This document shows, piece by piece, positions 38,301 through 47,674 of a DNA stretch of 64,000 nucleotides. The stretch is from Anaerolineales bacterium (lineage in GTDB: Bacteria; Chloroflexota; Anaerolineae; Anaerolineales; E44-bin32), in the NCBI GenBank assembly GCA_034430395.1, contig DAOUEQ010000090.1, positions 4,781-68,780 on the forward strand, read 5' to 3'. The number at the start of each line of letters is the position of its first letter. The first letter of the stretch is position 1. A model generated the notes under the pieces. That model had not been told where the DNA came from and ran no database searches. It saw only the letters and a list, made by a program, of their open reading frames with translations. The translations under genes and the position numbers were made by a program.

Positions 38301-38792
38301 CGCGTAATACATCAACAGAGCCATCGGAACAACAAGCGCCTCGTTGCGGACGTAGCGATCGTAGTAGAGCATATAGGGGGAAAAAACCATCATCGCCGTC
38401 GCCGCGAGTGTTCCCCAGCGCCCGAGCCACTTACGGAACAACAGAACTAATCCAACCGCAATCACACCGAAGAGCGCAGCTGGAATTCGCGCCGATGCAT
38501 CGGAGACACCGAAAAGAAAATAAGAGAGGGATACAACGTGCATCTGAAAAGTGCCATGCATTAGTGGATCATGAGAAAATCCGCGCCCTTCTGATAGATA
38601 CCATGAGAATTGGGTATGCAGGCTCTCGTCATGGCTCATTACCCGTGTATCAAGATCATAAAATCGCGAAAATACTGCCACGCAGAGCAGGAAAATATAA
38701 AGTGCTACTTCAAGATCAATCCTCAAATTACGTTTAAGGGTACGGTCCAGCCAGCTCTGATCTTCGTTTGATGAGACCGCTTCTGCCGTCAT
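35340..38792 (-). CDS. GT-C-fold (PMT-like) membrane protein fused to a C-terminal NHL-repeat beta-propeller
   Basis: MSHDESLH, YDPLMHG-like segment (FSHDPLMHG), RYVRNE, EKMPWL; NHL repeats VYVADTLNHRIQ, VYVADTWNHRIQ, VYVADTGNKRIK. Confidence 0.75.
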   Translation of the reverse strand: MTAEAVSSNEDQSWLDRTLKRNLRIDLEVALYIFLLCVAVFSRFYDLDTRVMSHDESLHTQFSWYLSEGRGFSHDPLMHGTFQMHVVSLSYFLFGVSDASARIPAALFGVIAVGLVLLFRKWLGRWGTLAATAMMVFSPYMLYYDRYVRNEALVVPMALLMYYAVFRYFEDREAKWLYLLAASLALHFTTKETSFIYAAQLLVFLGGFFALRLLRLTWKQNSHKIGFVVGLITTALGGTLAMGTLFGGWAASGDIANALEPTIEGAVSTGVGAASSSPLVAAGLILAILGLILMVVTLVLTFGKRLRTDFPELDLLVIVGTVTLPQLAALPANLLGWDPLDYSSFSNLNQTIAIVAILFLISAAIGALWDWRRWLVAAGVFFGIFVVFYTTLFTNDDGLASGLVGSLGYWLEQHGVERGGQPWYYYLFVQIPIYEYLPAVCSIMAFVYWLRLRPDDQVPAPDSKLEVSFPAIGFLGFMTITSLIGYSFAGEKMPWLTVHIALPMILFGGWGIGQFLERFNWPNFKEQRSWLTLLLTLLMLLALLSAMGGILGETPPFQGSELDQLRTTSGFIVAIAFAIGAAIAIRRLSEGIPFRIIASMASVFLLGALFILTIRTGFRAAFVNYDDATEYLVYAHSASGVKTVMDQVEDLSIRTTDGLGIQIAFDDDVSWPLNWYLRDYTNQYFYGANPTRELLNYPLVLVGDNNWHLVEPLLADRFYSYEYIRMWWPNQDYWNLKWSAIDAERSRDLIPGSEPLSPMGVMEYLSLVWGRLKPFFTDSTLRAAVWKIWLDRDFTEYGTWKGQDMSLARWTPSDRMRLYIRKDIAAQVWDYGVTPASFNPPTIEDPYADSIIKLGADLVIGGEGLSPGELFHPRDMAIGPDGTVYVADTLNHRIQRFSSEGQILTTWGGFGESQAGGAEDGTFNEPWGIDVAPNGNVYVADTWNHRIQWFSPTGTYLGSFGQEGLGDEPYSFWGPRDVAIDRQGRVYVADTGNKRIKVFDSEGNFVTQFGGPGYLPGLLDEPVGITIGADDRVYIADTWNQRIQVFSEISPQSFDAVQEWNVDAWYGQSLDNKPYLDAGPGNTICTTDPEGFRVLCFTFEGDFLLGWGGEFGEANYQFSLISGIALGPDGKVWVVDSSNHRVMRFAPAFP

Positions 38793-38874
38793 AGAATCTC
38801 CCTCACTGTAAATCGACGAAATATAATAATCCTTCTACAGATAATAACCTTACGATGCATAGAGCGACTCTGCT

Positions 38875-39603
38875 TCAGGAATTGATGAGCCGGTGCAGTA
38901 ATTTGACCTCTTCCCCCTTCAATTCCCTCCACTCTCCTGGTTTGAGAGCACCAATTTCAAGACCTGCAAAACGGATTCTTACTAATCTCTTCACACTCAA
39001 GCCAAGTTTTTTCGCAGTTTCACGGATCTGCCGTTTGTGACCTTCGGTGAGGATCACATGCACCCAGGGCTCCTTCGAATTTTCAACCCACACCTCTGCT
39101 GGTCGCGTCCGATAACTATCTTCCAATACCACACCCCGTCGCCATGCATTTAATTGCGTCTGGTCTGGTTTCTTGTTCAGGAGAACACGATATTCCTTCT
39201 CATGTTGATAGCGGGGATGGGTTAATCGATTTGTAAGTTCTCCGTCATCGGTCATCAAGATCAATCCTTCGCTTTCTAGATCGAGCCGGCCAACTGGGAA
39301 TATACGACGATCCACTTGGACTAAATCGCTTACGGTTGCCCGACCGCCTTGTGATCGAAGACTAGAAAGAACGCCTCGTGGTTTATTAAGTAGGATGTAT
39401 AAAAATCCAGATTTAAGGTGGATAATTTCGCCATCGACACGAATCTCCACTTCATCTGGGTTAACCCTCATTCCAAGAATAGCCTTGCTGCCGTTCACGG
39501 ACACCCGGCCATCCCGGATTAGCTCATCAGACTTTCTGCGGGATGCCACGCCTGCCTGAGCCAGGACCTTTTGCAGCCGAATTTCCTTATCCACTTGCAT
39601 CAT
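38875..39603 (-). CDS. rluB: rRNA pseudouridine synthase (RluB/RsuA family, S4 domain)
   Basis: RLQKVLAQAGVASRRK, LLNKPRG, VGRLD, EGHKRQIR. Confidence 0.88.
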   Translation of the reverse strand: MMQVDKEIRLQKVLAQAGVASRRKSDELIRDGRVSVNGSKAILGMRVNPDEVEIRVDGEIIHLKSGFLYILLNKPRGVLSSLRSQGGRATVSDLVQVDRRIFPVGRLDLESEGLILMTDDGELTNRLTHPRYQHEKEYRVLLNKKPDQTQLNAWRRGVVLEDSYRTRPAEVWVENSKEPWVHVILTEGHKRQIRETAKKLGLSVKRLVRIRFAGLEIGALKPGEWRELKGEEVKLLHRLINS

Positions 39604-40240
39604 CCTCAGGATCAGCGCCAGGGGATCTATTCACATCCAACTCGCCTACTTCACTCTCGAGGTTAAGCGGTGGGAGCTCCGCAGTGGAAGCTAAGCCAAA
39701 ATGGTTGAGAAAATCAGAGGTTGTAGCATAGATAAACGGTCGGCCTGGACCATCTGTCCTTCCAACCTCGTCGATTAGCCCATGCCTCAGAAGTGTCCTT
39801 ATGACGCTGTCAGAGTTAACCCCTCGTACTGCGTCGATTTGCGGTCGGGTTACAGGTTCCTGATATGCGATGATCGCCAGGACTTCTAATGCAGCTCGAC
39901 TCAAACGAGAGGTCTCTTCTAAGTCGAGAAAGCGTTGGACATCTTCGGATATTTCCGGAGCAGTGATAAGCTGAACATTTCGGGATGCACGTTGAAGGCG
40001 AATTCCCCGGTTGACGAATAATCTATCGAGATCTTCCAGTGATTTTTCGACCTCACGCACAGAAGAATTTAATGCATTCGCGATCTGAGCGATCGAGATC
40101 AACTCAGGTGATACAAAAAGCAACGCCTCGATCCTTGCGGTAAGGTCGAGGGCAGAACCCTTAGGGTTCGCTTCTTTCTCCTGCGTGCTATAATCGGCCG
40201 CGATTTCCGCATCCGAGGATGAATGATTTGAATCACTCAC
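39587..40240 (-). CDS. scpB: SMC-Scp complex subunit ScpB
   Basis: IEALLF, LSRAALEVLAIIAYQEPVTR, RGVNS, GRPFIYATT..FL.HFGL. Confidence 0.92.
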   Translation of the reverse strand: MSDSNHSSSDAEIAADYSTQEKEANPKGSALDLTARIEALLFVSPELISIAQIANALNSSVREVEKSLEDLDRLFVNRGIRLQRASRNVQLITAPEISEDVQRFLDLEETSRLSRAALEVLAIIAYQEPVTRPQIDAVRGVNSDSVIRTLLRHGLIDEVGRTDGPGRPFIYATTSDFLNHFGLASTAELPPLNLESEVGELDVNRSPGADPEDDASG

Positions 40241-40812
40241 AAAGACTTACCTATCGTCCACTCGCGTTTGCTTCCATTCTGGCCAGTCTATTTCTTGCTA
40301 CTCTCGCTTGCCAGATAGATGTTGGAGGTCCTGAACCGCCTTTTCCACCAAGCCCTGCCGACGACCAGGCTGCCAATGAAGTTACAAATTTGTGGCAATC
40401 TGCATTAGAAAGTGCGCTTGACTCTGGCGAGGTCATGCTCATCCTCGATGAAAGCCAACTCAATGCCTTTTTCGTCCAGAGGCTTGCCGCAGAAGATTCT
40501 CCCTTACAAGAGCCGCAGGTCTTTCTCAGGCAGAACGCCATCCAGGTCTACGGGTACATTATCCAGGGAATTTTTCGGGCAAATATCCACCTCTCCATAT
40601 CGCCAATACTCGATCAAGAGGGTAGAATCACATTTGAACTTACAGTAGCTTCCGTCGGTCCGATTCCCGTTCCAGAAGCGATCAAAAATACGATTTCCGC
40701 CATTCTCACAGAGGCTTTCACCGGAACATTAGGTTCGTTTGCTACAGGGATACGTGTTTCATCTCTTGTTATCAACGATGGGCAACTTGCGATCGTTGGC
40801 GAACTCCGTTAG
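40228..40812 (+). CDS. Lipoprotein, unknown function
   Basis: Lipobox TLAC; start 40219 (ATG) or 40228 (TTG, better RBS spacing). Confidence 0.7.
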   Translation: MNHSQRLTYRPLAFASILASLFLATLACQIDVGGPEPPFPPSPADDQAANEVTNLWQSALESALDSGEVMLILDESQLNAFFVQRLAAEDSPLQEPQVFLRQNAIQVYGYIIQGIFRANIHLSISPILDQEGRITFELTVASVGPIPVPEAIKNTISAILTEAFTGTLGSFATGIRVSSLVINDGQLAIVGELR

Positions 40813-40854
40813 GCTGGCGGAGAGTGATTATACCAGTCGCCTTTTTCAACGACA

Positions 40855-42450
40855 ATGAGCCGAAAACTTTGTAGTCAATTTGTACTTCTCACCACGTCAC
40901 TTATCTTGATCCTGAGTTCTTGCGCTCGACCGCAGGCAACCGCAGGAATGATTCAAGTTCTCATCCATTTAGACGATTCTGTCAAAACGATTGAAGTACC
41001 TTCTGGCGCAAGCGTTCAGCAGGCACTTGACTCTGCTGGTGTGATCCTTGGTTCCCTAGATCGAGTGAACCCTCCGGGCTACACCGTTCTTTCAGATGGC
41101 GCAGATATCGATATTACACGAGTGCTCGAGAGCTTCGAGATCGAGGAAATAATCATCCCTTTCGATCGCCAAACAGTCCGCAATGAAGCCTTGCCAGAGG
41201 GCGAGACACGCCTTCTACAACCGGGTCAAAACGGCTTACAAGAAATCACATATCGGATATTAATCGAAGCAGATGTAGAAATCTCCAGGTCACCGGTCAA
41301 GAATGTAATTATTACTGAACCAGTGCCTGAGATTATCATGCTCGGCACTCAAAGCACGCATTCGCCGGTCGCGATTGACGGCAGTCTGGTGTATATCACG
41401 AGTGGGAATGTATGGGTCGTCGAAGGCAGCAGTGGCAGCCGGCGCCCGCTCGTCGTTACCGGCGATCTGGATGGACGTATCCTCAAGATCTCCCCCGATG
41501 GACAATGGCTGCTATTTACACGCGAAACTCCCGAGGAGGATACGATAAACGGACTCTGGGTTGCGTCAATGAATGATTCTGAGTTTGAAATGGTCGACTT
41601 GGGTGTCCGTAACATCATCCATTTCGCAGACTGGGTGCCTCAAAAACCTTCTTTCACCGTTACCTATTCAACTTCTGAGCCCAGCCCTGCTTCGCCCGGC
41701 TGGCAGGCAAATAATGACCTGATGACGATTACATTTACAAGTGCGGGTCGTGCCCTCCGACCCCACACAATTATTGAAGCCAATGCTGGAGGCCAGTACG
41801 GTTGGTGGGGAACGAACTATGTCTGGGGCTACGACAGCGACCATTTGGCATATGTTCGGGCAGACAGCTATGGTCTTGTAGACCTTGAGAAAGAGGAGCT
41901 TGTCCCGCTGCAAGAAGTCATCCCCTTTCAAACACTTGGAGACTGGGCTTGGGTTCCGGGACTCGTCTGGGGAAGAGACAATCAGACGATTTATTTTGTA
42001 GCGCATGATGAGCCTCTTGGCTTAGAAAGCCCCCAGGCGTCTCCCGCCTTCAATATTGAAGCTCGCACAATGGGGGGCAATCTGAAGCTTACACTTGCGG
42101 ATCGAACTGGGATGTTTGCTTACCCAACTGTTTCTGAGATTCTTAATTCACACACCGCCGAGATCTCGTACCGCGTAGCTTTCTTGCAGGCCATCACGCC
42201 GCTGGAGAGTCAAGAGAGCACATACCGTATAGCGGTTATGGATCGCGATGGCAGCAATTTACGCTTCTTGTTCCCACCACCCGGCGATCCCGGACTGGAA
42301 CCATCTCTTCCCGGTCCGGTTTGGTCGCCCGCTGGGGATCGAATTGCCGTAATCTATAGAGGAGATCTCTGGATTGTTGATGTCGATACCGGGATTGGCC
42401 AGCAATTGACCGCTGATGGTCAGACGCAGATCTTGGATTGGGCACCCTGA
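40855..42450 (+). CDS. Lipoprotein with G5 domain and TolB-like beta-propeller
   Basis: Lipobox LSSC; G5-like LPEGETRLLQPGQNG..PVPEIIMLGT; propeller repeats ISPDGQWLLF, WSPAGDRIAV. Confidence 0.75.
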   Translation: MSRKLCSQFVLLTTSLILILSSCARPQATAGMIQVLIHLDDSVKTIEVPSGASVQQALDSAGVILGSLDRVNPPGYTVLSDGADIDITRVLESFEIEEIIIPFDRQTVRNEALPEGETRLLQPGQNGLQEITYRILIEADVEISRSPVKNVIITEPVPEIIMLGTQSTHSPVAIDGSLVYITSGNVWVVEGSSGSRRPLVVTGDLDGRILKISPDGQWLLFTRETPEEDTINGLWVASMNDSEFEMVDLGVRNIIHFADWVPQKPSFTVTYSTSEPSPASPGWQANNDLMTITFTSAGRALRPHTIIEANAGGQYGWWGTNYVWGYDSDHLAYVRADSYGLVDLEKEELVPLQEVIPFQTLGDWAWVPGLVWGRDNQTIYFVAHDEPLGLESPQASPAFNIEARTMGGNLKLTLADRTGMFAYPTVSEILNSHTAEISYRVAFLQAITPLESQESTYRIAVMDRDGSNLRFLFPPPGDPGLEPSLPGPVWSPAGDRIAVIYRGDLWIVDVDTGIGQQLTADGQTQILDWAP

Positions 42451-42508
42451 GGGTGCATGATTCTGGACCGAGACAAATGCCACATCTAAATCATGCAAGG
42501 AGGCGGCT

Positions 42509-43459
42509 TTGAGAATTCTAATTACTGGGGGCGCAGGCTTCGTCGGATCACATCTCTGCGACCGTCTTTTAGCAGATAGTCACGAAGTTGTCGTTGTTGA
42601 CAACCTCGTTACAGGGGACATCGCCAATATCAGCCATCTCGCTGGTCATGATGATTTCTCATTCATTAAATACGATGTATCCAACTTCATCTTCATTCCA
42701 GGGAAGGTCGATGCCGTGATGCACCTGGCTTCTCCTGCGAGCCCAAATCCCAACTCTCCTTATGGCTATCCGCAATTGCCCATTCAGACTCTCAAGGTTG
42801 GGTCTTTGGGAACGCACAATGCGCTTGGCGTTGCCCGTGCTCATGGTGCCGCCTTCCTCCTCGCTTCCACGTCCGAGATTTACGGTGACCCTCAGGAGCA
42901 CCCGCAGAAGGAGAGCTATTGGGGACACGTAGATATCGTTGGGCCACGATCTGTATACGACGAAGCAAAGCGCTTTGCAGAATCGATCACGATGGCCTAC
43001 CACCGGTACCACGATCTCGATACGCACATCGCCCGCATCTTCAATACCTTTGGCCCCCGCATGCGTTTGGATGACGGACGGGCAATTCCCAATTTCATCG
43101 TACAGGCGCTTAAGGGAGACCCTCTCACCATCTACGGCGATGGTTCACAAACTCGCAGCTTCTGCTATATCGATGATCTGGTTGAAGGTCTTTATCTGCT
43201 ACTGCAATCGGAAGAGAATTACCCTGTCAACCTGGGAAACCCGCAGGAAATGTCGATCCTGGTACTCGCAGAAGAAATCAACCGCATCATCGGCAACAAA
43301 GCCGGCATTCGGAACGTTCCCGACGGCCGCGCTCCCTCCGACCCCCAACAGCGTCAACCGGATATCACCCGCGCTAAGACACTCTTGAACTGGGAACCAA
43401 AAGTCGATCTTGAAACAGGTCTTAAACACACAATTGAGGATTTCGAGAAACGCTTATGA
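42509..43459 (+). CDS. UDP-glucuronate decarboxylase-like NAD-dependent epimerase/dehydratase
   Basis: [43 protein letters not shown]. Confidence 0.9.
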   Translation: MRILITGGAGFVGSHLCDRLLADSHEVVVVDNLVTGDIANISHLAGHDDFSFIKYDVSNFIFIPGKVDAVMHLASPASPNPNSPYGYPQLPIQTLKVGSLGTHNALGVARAHGAAFLLASTSEIYGDPQEHPQKESYWGHVDIVGPRSVYDEAKRFAESITMAYHRYHDLDTHIARIFNTFGPRMRLDDGRAIPNFIVQALKGDPLTIYGDGSQTRSFCYIDDLVEGLYLLLQSEENYPVNLGNPQEMSILVLAEEINRIIGNKAGIRNVPDGRAPSDPQQRQPDITRAKTLLNWEPKVDLETGLKHTIEDFEKRL

Positions 43460-43953
43460 GCGGTGTCTCACCACGCACACGACGTGAAATCAACCGCTTT
43501 ATTAAATTTTCCGTCGTTGGCATCATCGGTGCGGTTGTTGATTTTGGATCATTTAATCTGCTTGCCAACGTGTTCGGGGTTGCCAGCGTTGTGGCCAGCG
43601 TAATTTCATTCACGGCAGCCATCACCAGTAACTTCCTCTGGAATCGCTACTGGACTTACCCCGATTCGAGATCAAAACCGGTCAGCCAACAGGTCATCCA
43701 ATTCTCATTGGTCAACCTGGTTGGCCTCGTCATCCGCACCCCGATTTTTGCCTTCTCAGAAGGACCCATGATCCTTTTATCAGAGAATCTCCTCCCACTC
43801 GCCCAATCGATCTTACCTGAGAGCGTTGCTTCTCTCACGTTTCTCAACGCAACAGTCCTTGGACGCAATCTTGCTTTAGCCCTGGCCGTGATCGTCGTGC
43901 TTTTTTGGAACTTCTTTATTAACCGCATCTGGACATACTCCGACGCTGAATGA
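43456..43953 (+). CDS. GtrA family membrane protein
   Basis: [37 protein letters not shown]. Confidence 0.85.
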   Translation: MSGVSPRTRREINRFIKFSVVGIIGAVVDFGSFNLLANVFGVASVVASVISFTAAITSNFLWNRYWTYPDSRSKPVSQQVIQFSLVNLVGLVIRTPIFAFSEGPMILLSENLLPLAQSILPESVASLTFLNATVLGRNLALALAVIVVLFWNFFINRIWTYSDAE

Positions 43954-44088
43954 ACCTGTCATGCTCACAACGTTGGAGGGAAATTCCCCAATGTGTATAA
44001 TCAGTAGTGAAGATGATTGCCGTGTCTATCAGATTTTAAGAGTTATACACAATCGCACATTCATTTTTCATGATCCATCGCCATTGGT

Positions 44089-44505
44089 ATGGAAAGTGCA
44101 CAAACAATATTGGAGAAGTTGATGGCGAGTGATTCTAGAAAGAAACCCATACCAATTTACACAACCCAGGGGGACTGGTCTGCTCTGCTTGTATTTCCCC
44201 ATATATACACCTCCATTGGTGAGTGGATTGGATGGGTATCCCCTGACCGAAACGTATTCGATGTAGATGGCGTCTTCGTCGGTTGGCTATCAGATGAGCC
44301 TCGGATACTCAGAAGGCGCATCGTAGAAGGAAAACTCCTTCGGCGGGAGGTTCCCCCTAACCCCGGTCGGATCCGACCACCCGCTACCGTTCCCCTACCC
44401 CCGATGATGGCCGAACTCCCTTTTGAAATCATCGATGTGCTCGAAGAAGAACCTCACCGCCTGCACACCACGGATACCGGTGAATTCAAGGAAGATATGG
44501 ATTGA
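44089..44505 (+). CDS. Hypothetical protein with short beta repeats
   Basis: Repeats IYTTQGDWSA / IYTSIGEWIG / VFDVDGVFVG; stop overlaps the next start. Confidence 0.65.
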   Translation: MESAQTILEKLMASDSRKKPIPIYTTQGDWSALLVFPHIYTSIGEWIGWVSPDRNVFDVDGVFVGWLSDEPRILRRRIVEGKLLRREVPPNPGRIRPPATVPLPPMMAELPFEIIDVLEEEPHRLHTTDTGEFKEDMD

Positions 44506-45008
44506 GCGACCCACTGAAAGCTCCTCCTGAATTAAAAACTGTTCAATCCTCACGGGTAACGCTAAGCCAATTGATGCTACCAGTCCAGGCTAACCTTCAT
44601 GGTGATGTGCACGGCGGCTGGATCATGAAGCTCGTCGATGAAGCCGGCGCGCTCTCTGCCATGCGACATGCACAATGCCGTGTCGTTACCATCGCCATCG
44701 ATCAGATGGCCTTTCACAAACCTATTCGAATAGGTGATCTGGTGATCTTGAATGCAGAGGTGACCTATGTCGGGCACACATCCATGGAAACCAGAGTTCA
44801 GGTCCTTGCTGAAAATCCCATAAGTGGAGAGAGAACCTATACCAACAATGCCTATCTGGTTTACGTCGCCCTGGACGAACAGGGGAATCCCACACCGGTT
44901 CCCAAGCTCATCGCCGAAACCGACGCTGAAAAAAAGCGAATGATAGATGGTGAGGCGCGGCAGGCGTACCGGCTCTCTCAATGGAAGAACTCCGAGAAGC
45001 AGCCGTGA
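44502..45008 (+). CDS. Acyl-CoA thioesterase (hot-dog fold)
   Basis: ANLHGDVHGGWIMKLVDE, PIRIGD, YVGHTSME, VYVALD. Confidence 0.9.
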   Translation: MSDPLKAPPELKTVQSSRVTLSQLMLPVQANLHGDVHGGWIMKLVDEAGALSAMRHAQCRVVTIAIDQMAFHKPIRIGDLVILNAEVTYVGHTSMETRVQVLAENPISGERTYTNNAYLVYVALDEQGNPTPVPKLIAETDAEKKRMIDGEARQAYRLSQWKNSEKQP

Positions 45009-46201
45009 CAAGGAAGATTGAAACGCTCACCGATCTCCTGACTCAAGCAGGGGCGAAACGATTCCTCGAGACTCCGCCACCAGAGGATATGGGACTGGCG
45101 GAACACCTTCCCTTCCCCTTCATGGCGATTGTCGCCCAACAGGAAATGAAATTAGCGCTGCTGCTGGCGCTTATTAATCCGAATATTGGTGGCGTACTGC
45201 TTGTTGGTCCTCGTGGGACAGCTAAGACGACTGCGGTCAGAAGCTTGTCAGCTTTACTCCCTGAAGTTTCAAGGAGTCTATGCCCATACGGCTGTCTTCC
45301 AGAAGACATCATTTCGGGTGGTATGGATGCGGTATGCGCGGATTGCGCCCGACGCTATGGCGAGGGCGATCCACTCACCTACATGGATCGTGTACGCTTA
45401 ATAGAACTTCCTCTAAACGCTCGACTTGAGGACGTTGTTGGTGGGATCGATGAACGTGCTGCTGTGCAAAAACGCCTGCGCCTAAACCGCGGTATTCTCG
45501 CTCGAGCGGATAAAAATATCTTATTTGTCGACGAAGTAAATTTACTCGATGATGACCTTGTTAACGCCGTCCTTGACGCTTCGGCACAGGGAATCTACAC
45601 ACTCCATCGCGGAACGCTCAGTGCCACCTACCGCGCTCGATTTGTATTAATCGGGTCGATGAATCCAGAAGAGGGTCGCCTGCGTCCACAGATCCTCGAT
45701 CGTTTCGGCTTGCGCGTGGTTGTACGTGGTTTAGATGATCCCGAAGAACGCTTAGAGGCATATCGCCGTTCCATCGCACACCGCAGTAATCCCCGCCAAG
45801 TGATCGCTGATTACGACGATGTCTTAATGCAGGTCCGCGAGGAACTACAATCTGCAAGGGTAACTCTTCCAAATGTTGAACTTACGAAAGATGCCCAAGA
45901 GTTCGGGCTTAATCTTATCGATGATCTTGGGATCCATTCGCTTCGAGCTGAGATTACCCTCTTTGAAGCGGCTCGAACTCATGCCGTGGCAGACGGACGG
46001 GAAAAGGCAGAACCTGATGATGTGGAGAAAGTCGCCGAGATGGCGCTGCGCTTGCGCAGATCCGACTTCATCGATGACTACCTTTCTGCTCAAATCGATG
46101 AGGAGAAAGAGATAAGCCGTTTACTTTCCAGACACTCGAAAACCGGTCAGTCGAAGGGGAAAAATACAAAGCGGTCAAAACAAAAATCGAAGAAACCGTA
46201 A
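45005..46201 (+). CDS. Mg-chelatase subunit I-like AAA+ ATPase
   Basis: PFMAIVAQQEMK, GPRGTAKT, LFVDEVNLL, GSMNPEEG.LRPQILDRFG, HSLRAE. GTGA overlap favours start 45005. Confidence 0.85.
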   Translation: MTRKIETLTDLLTQAGAKRFLETPPPEDMGLAEHLPFPFMAIVAQQEMKLALLLALINPNIGGVLLVGPRGTAKTTAVRSLSALLPEVSRSLCPYGCLPEDIISGGMDAVCADCARRYGEGDPLTYMDRVRLIELPLNARLEDVVGGIDERAAVQKRLRLNRGILARADKNILFVDEVNLLDDDLVNAVLDASAQGIYTLHRGTLSATYRARFVLIGSMNPEEGRLRPQILDRFGLRVVVRGLDDPEERLEAYRRSIAHRSNPRQVIADYDDVLMQVREELQSARVTLPNVELTKDAQEFGLNLIDDLGIHSLRAEITLFEAARTHAVADGREKAEPDDVEKVAEMALRLRRSDFIDDYLSAQIDEEKEISRLLSRHSKTGQSKGKNTKRSKQKSKKP

Positions 46202-46224
46202 TCCCTTAATCCATGGAATCAAAA

Positions 46225-46245
46225 CGGGCCGGGATTGCCGGCCCG
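46225..46245. terminator. Bidirectional terminator-like hairpin between convergent genes
   Basis: CGGGCCGG-GATTG-CCGGCCCG. Confidence 0.6.
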
Positions 46246-46274
46246 ATTAAATAGTCTTTACCGATGATCTGGAC

Positions 46275-46511
46275 TTACCTCATTTTCTCATCGATGTATG
46301 CAACTGCTTCCCCAACGGTGGTAATCTTCTGCGCATCCTCGTCGGAGATTTCACCACCGAATTTCTCTTCGAAGGCCATGATTAACTCAACCAAATCCAG
46401 AGAGTCGGCTTCGAGATCCTCACGAAATTTCGCCTCGGGTAAAATCTTCCCAGCGTCCACACCCAAGAGCTCGATAATGATATTCCTGACATCGTCAATT
46501 GTTTCCGCCAT
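46275..46511 (-). CDS. acpP: Acyl carrier protein
   Basis: [20 protein letters not shown]; AAGGAGG RBS before ATG 46511. Confidence 0.95.
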   Translation of the reverse strand: MAETIDDVRNIIIELLGVDAGKILPEAKFREDLEADSLDLVELIMAFEEKFGGEISDEDAQKITTVGEAVAYIDEKMR

Positions 46512-46636
46512 AGTTCGCCTCCTTATATGCCATTGTGGTCTGTTAGATTGTAATCGAGGCACTGATGTAGTTGCAAGTTGACATGTGCCTCAGACACTTG
46601 CTATGATGGCATTCTCAATGCATGGAACACCTGTCT

Positions 46637-47674
46637 ATGAGTAAAGTTACGCCCACCTCAACCAGAAAATCGGATCACATCCTCATTAATCTTAACGAGG
46701 AAGTTCAGTCCAGTTTGAATACCGGTCTTGAGCGCTACCATTTTGTTCACAACGCAATCCCCGAGATTAATCTTTCGGAGATCGATTTACATACGACATT
46801 CATGGCGAAATCCCTAAACGCACCCCTGTTGATTTCCTCAATGACCGGAGGGGCAAAACAAGCTGATAAAATTAATATTTCTCTTGCGGAGGCTGCGCAG
46901 GAAAAAGGGATAGCGATGGGAGTAGGCTCCCAACGCGCTGTGATCGAAGAACCTGCACTCGCAGCAGGGATGAATCTACGACGATACGCCCCCAATATCC
47001 TCCTCTTCGCGAATCTCGGTGCAGTTCAATTAAATTACGGGTACGGCATCACTGAATGTAAACGAGCAGTCGAGATGCTCGAGGCGGACGCCCTCATACT
47101 GCACCTGAACCCACTGCAGGAAGCCCTGCAACCGGAGGGAGACACTTGTTTCGCTGGTCTTCTTGAGAGGATCAGCGAGATATGCGTAGAGTTGCCGGTG
47201 CCCGTCATCGTCAAAGAAGTTGGATGGGGACTTTCAAAAGAGGCTGCAGTTTGCTTGGTGGAAACAGGCGTAGCAGCGATCGATGTCGCCGGGGCTGGTG
47301 GAACTTCGTGGTCGCAAGTCGAGATGCACCGCGCAAAGTCATCAGAGAGGGCTGCAGTCGCAGCCGCATTTATCGACTGGGGAATTCCTACAGCCGATGC
47401 GATTATTGATGTTCGTCAAGCGCTTCCAGATATTCCATTAATCGCTTCAGGTGGACTGAGAAGCGGGATCGATGTCGCAAAGTGTCTTGCGCTTGGCGCC
47501 GACCTCGGCGGTATGGCTGGGCCGCTGCTCAAGGCAGCGACCATATCCACCGAGGCAGTTATTGCCCATATCGATCAGATCGTAGCCCAGATTCAAGTAA
47601 GCATGTTTGCTACTGGTTCAGCTGATATCCCAGCTCTACGTTCTGCCAGACTGTGGAAGGAACCGAGCGCGTGA
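46637..47674 (+). CDS. fni: Type 2 isopentenyl-diphosphate delta-isomerase
   Basis: RKSDHI, ISSMTGG, GVGSQR, ANLGAVQ, HLNPLQE, VKEVGWG, GGTSW, SGGLRSG. Confidence 0.95.
   Translation: MSKVTPTSTRKSDHILINLNEEVQSSLNTGLERYHFVHNAIPEINLSEIDLHTTFMAKSLNAPLLISSMTGGAKQADKINISLAEAAQEKGIAMGVGSQRAVIEEPALAAGMNLRRYAPNILLFANLGAVQLNYGYGITECKRAVEMLEADALILHLNPLQEALQPEGDTCFAGLLERISEICVELPVPVIVKEVGWGLSKEAAVCLVETGVAAIDVAGAGGTSWSQVEMHRAKSSERAAVAAAFIDWGIPTADAIIDVRQALPDIPLIASGGLRSGIDVAKCLALGADLGGMAGPLLKAATISTEAVIAHIDQIVAQIQVSMFATGSADIPALRSARLWKEPSA

Noticed and set aside
45005-46201. Evidence of (bacterio)chlorophyll synthesis
   Set aside because: ChlI-like ATPases are widespread in non-phototrophs, and no bch/chl genes are in the window.
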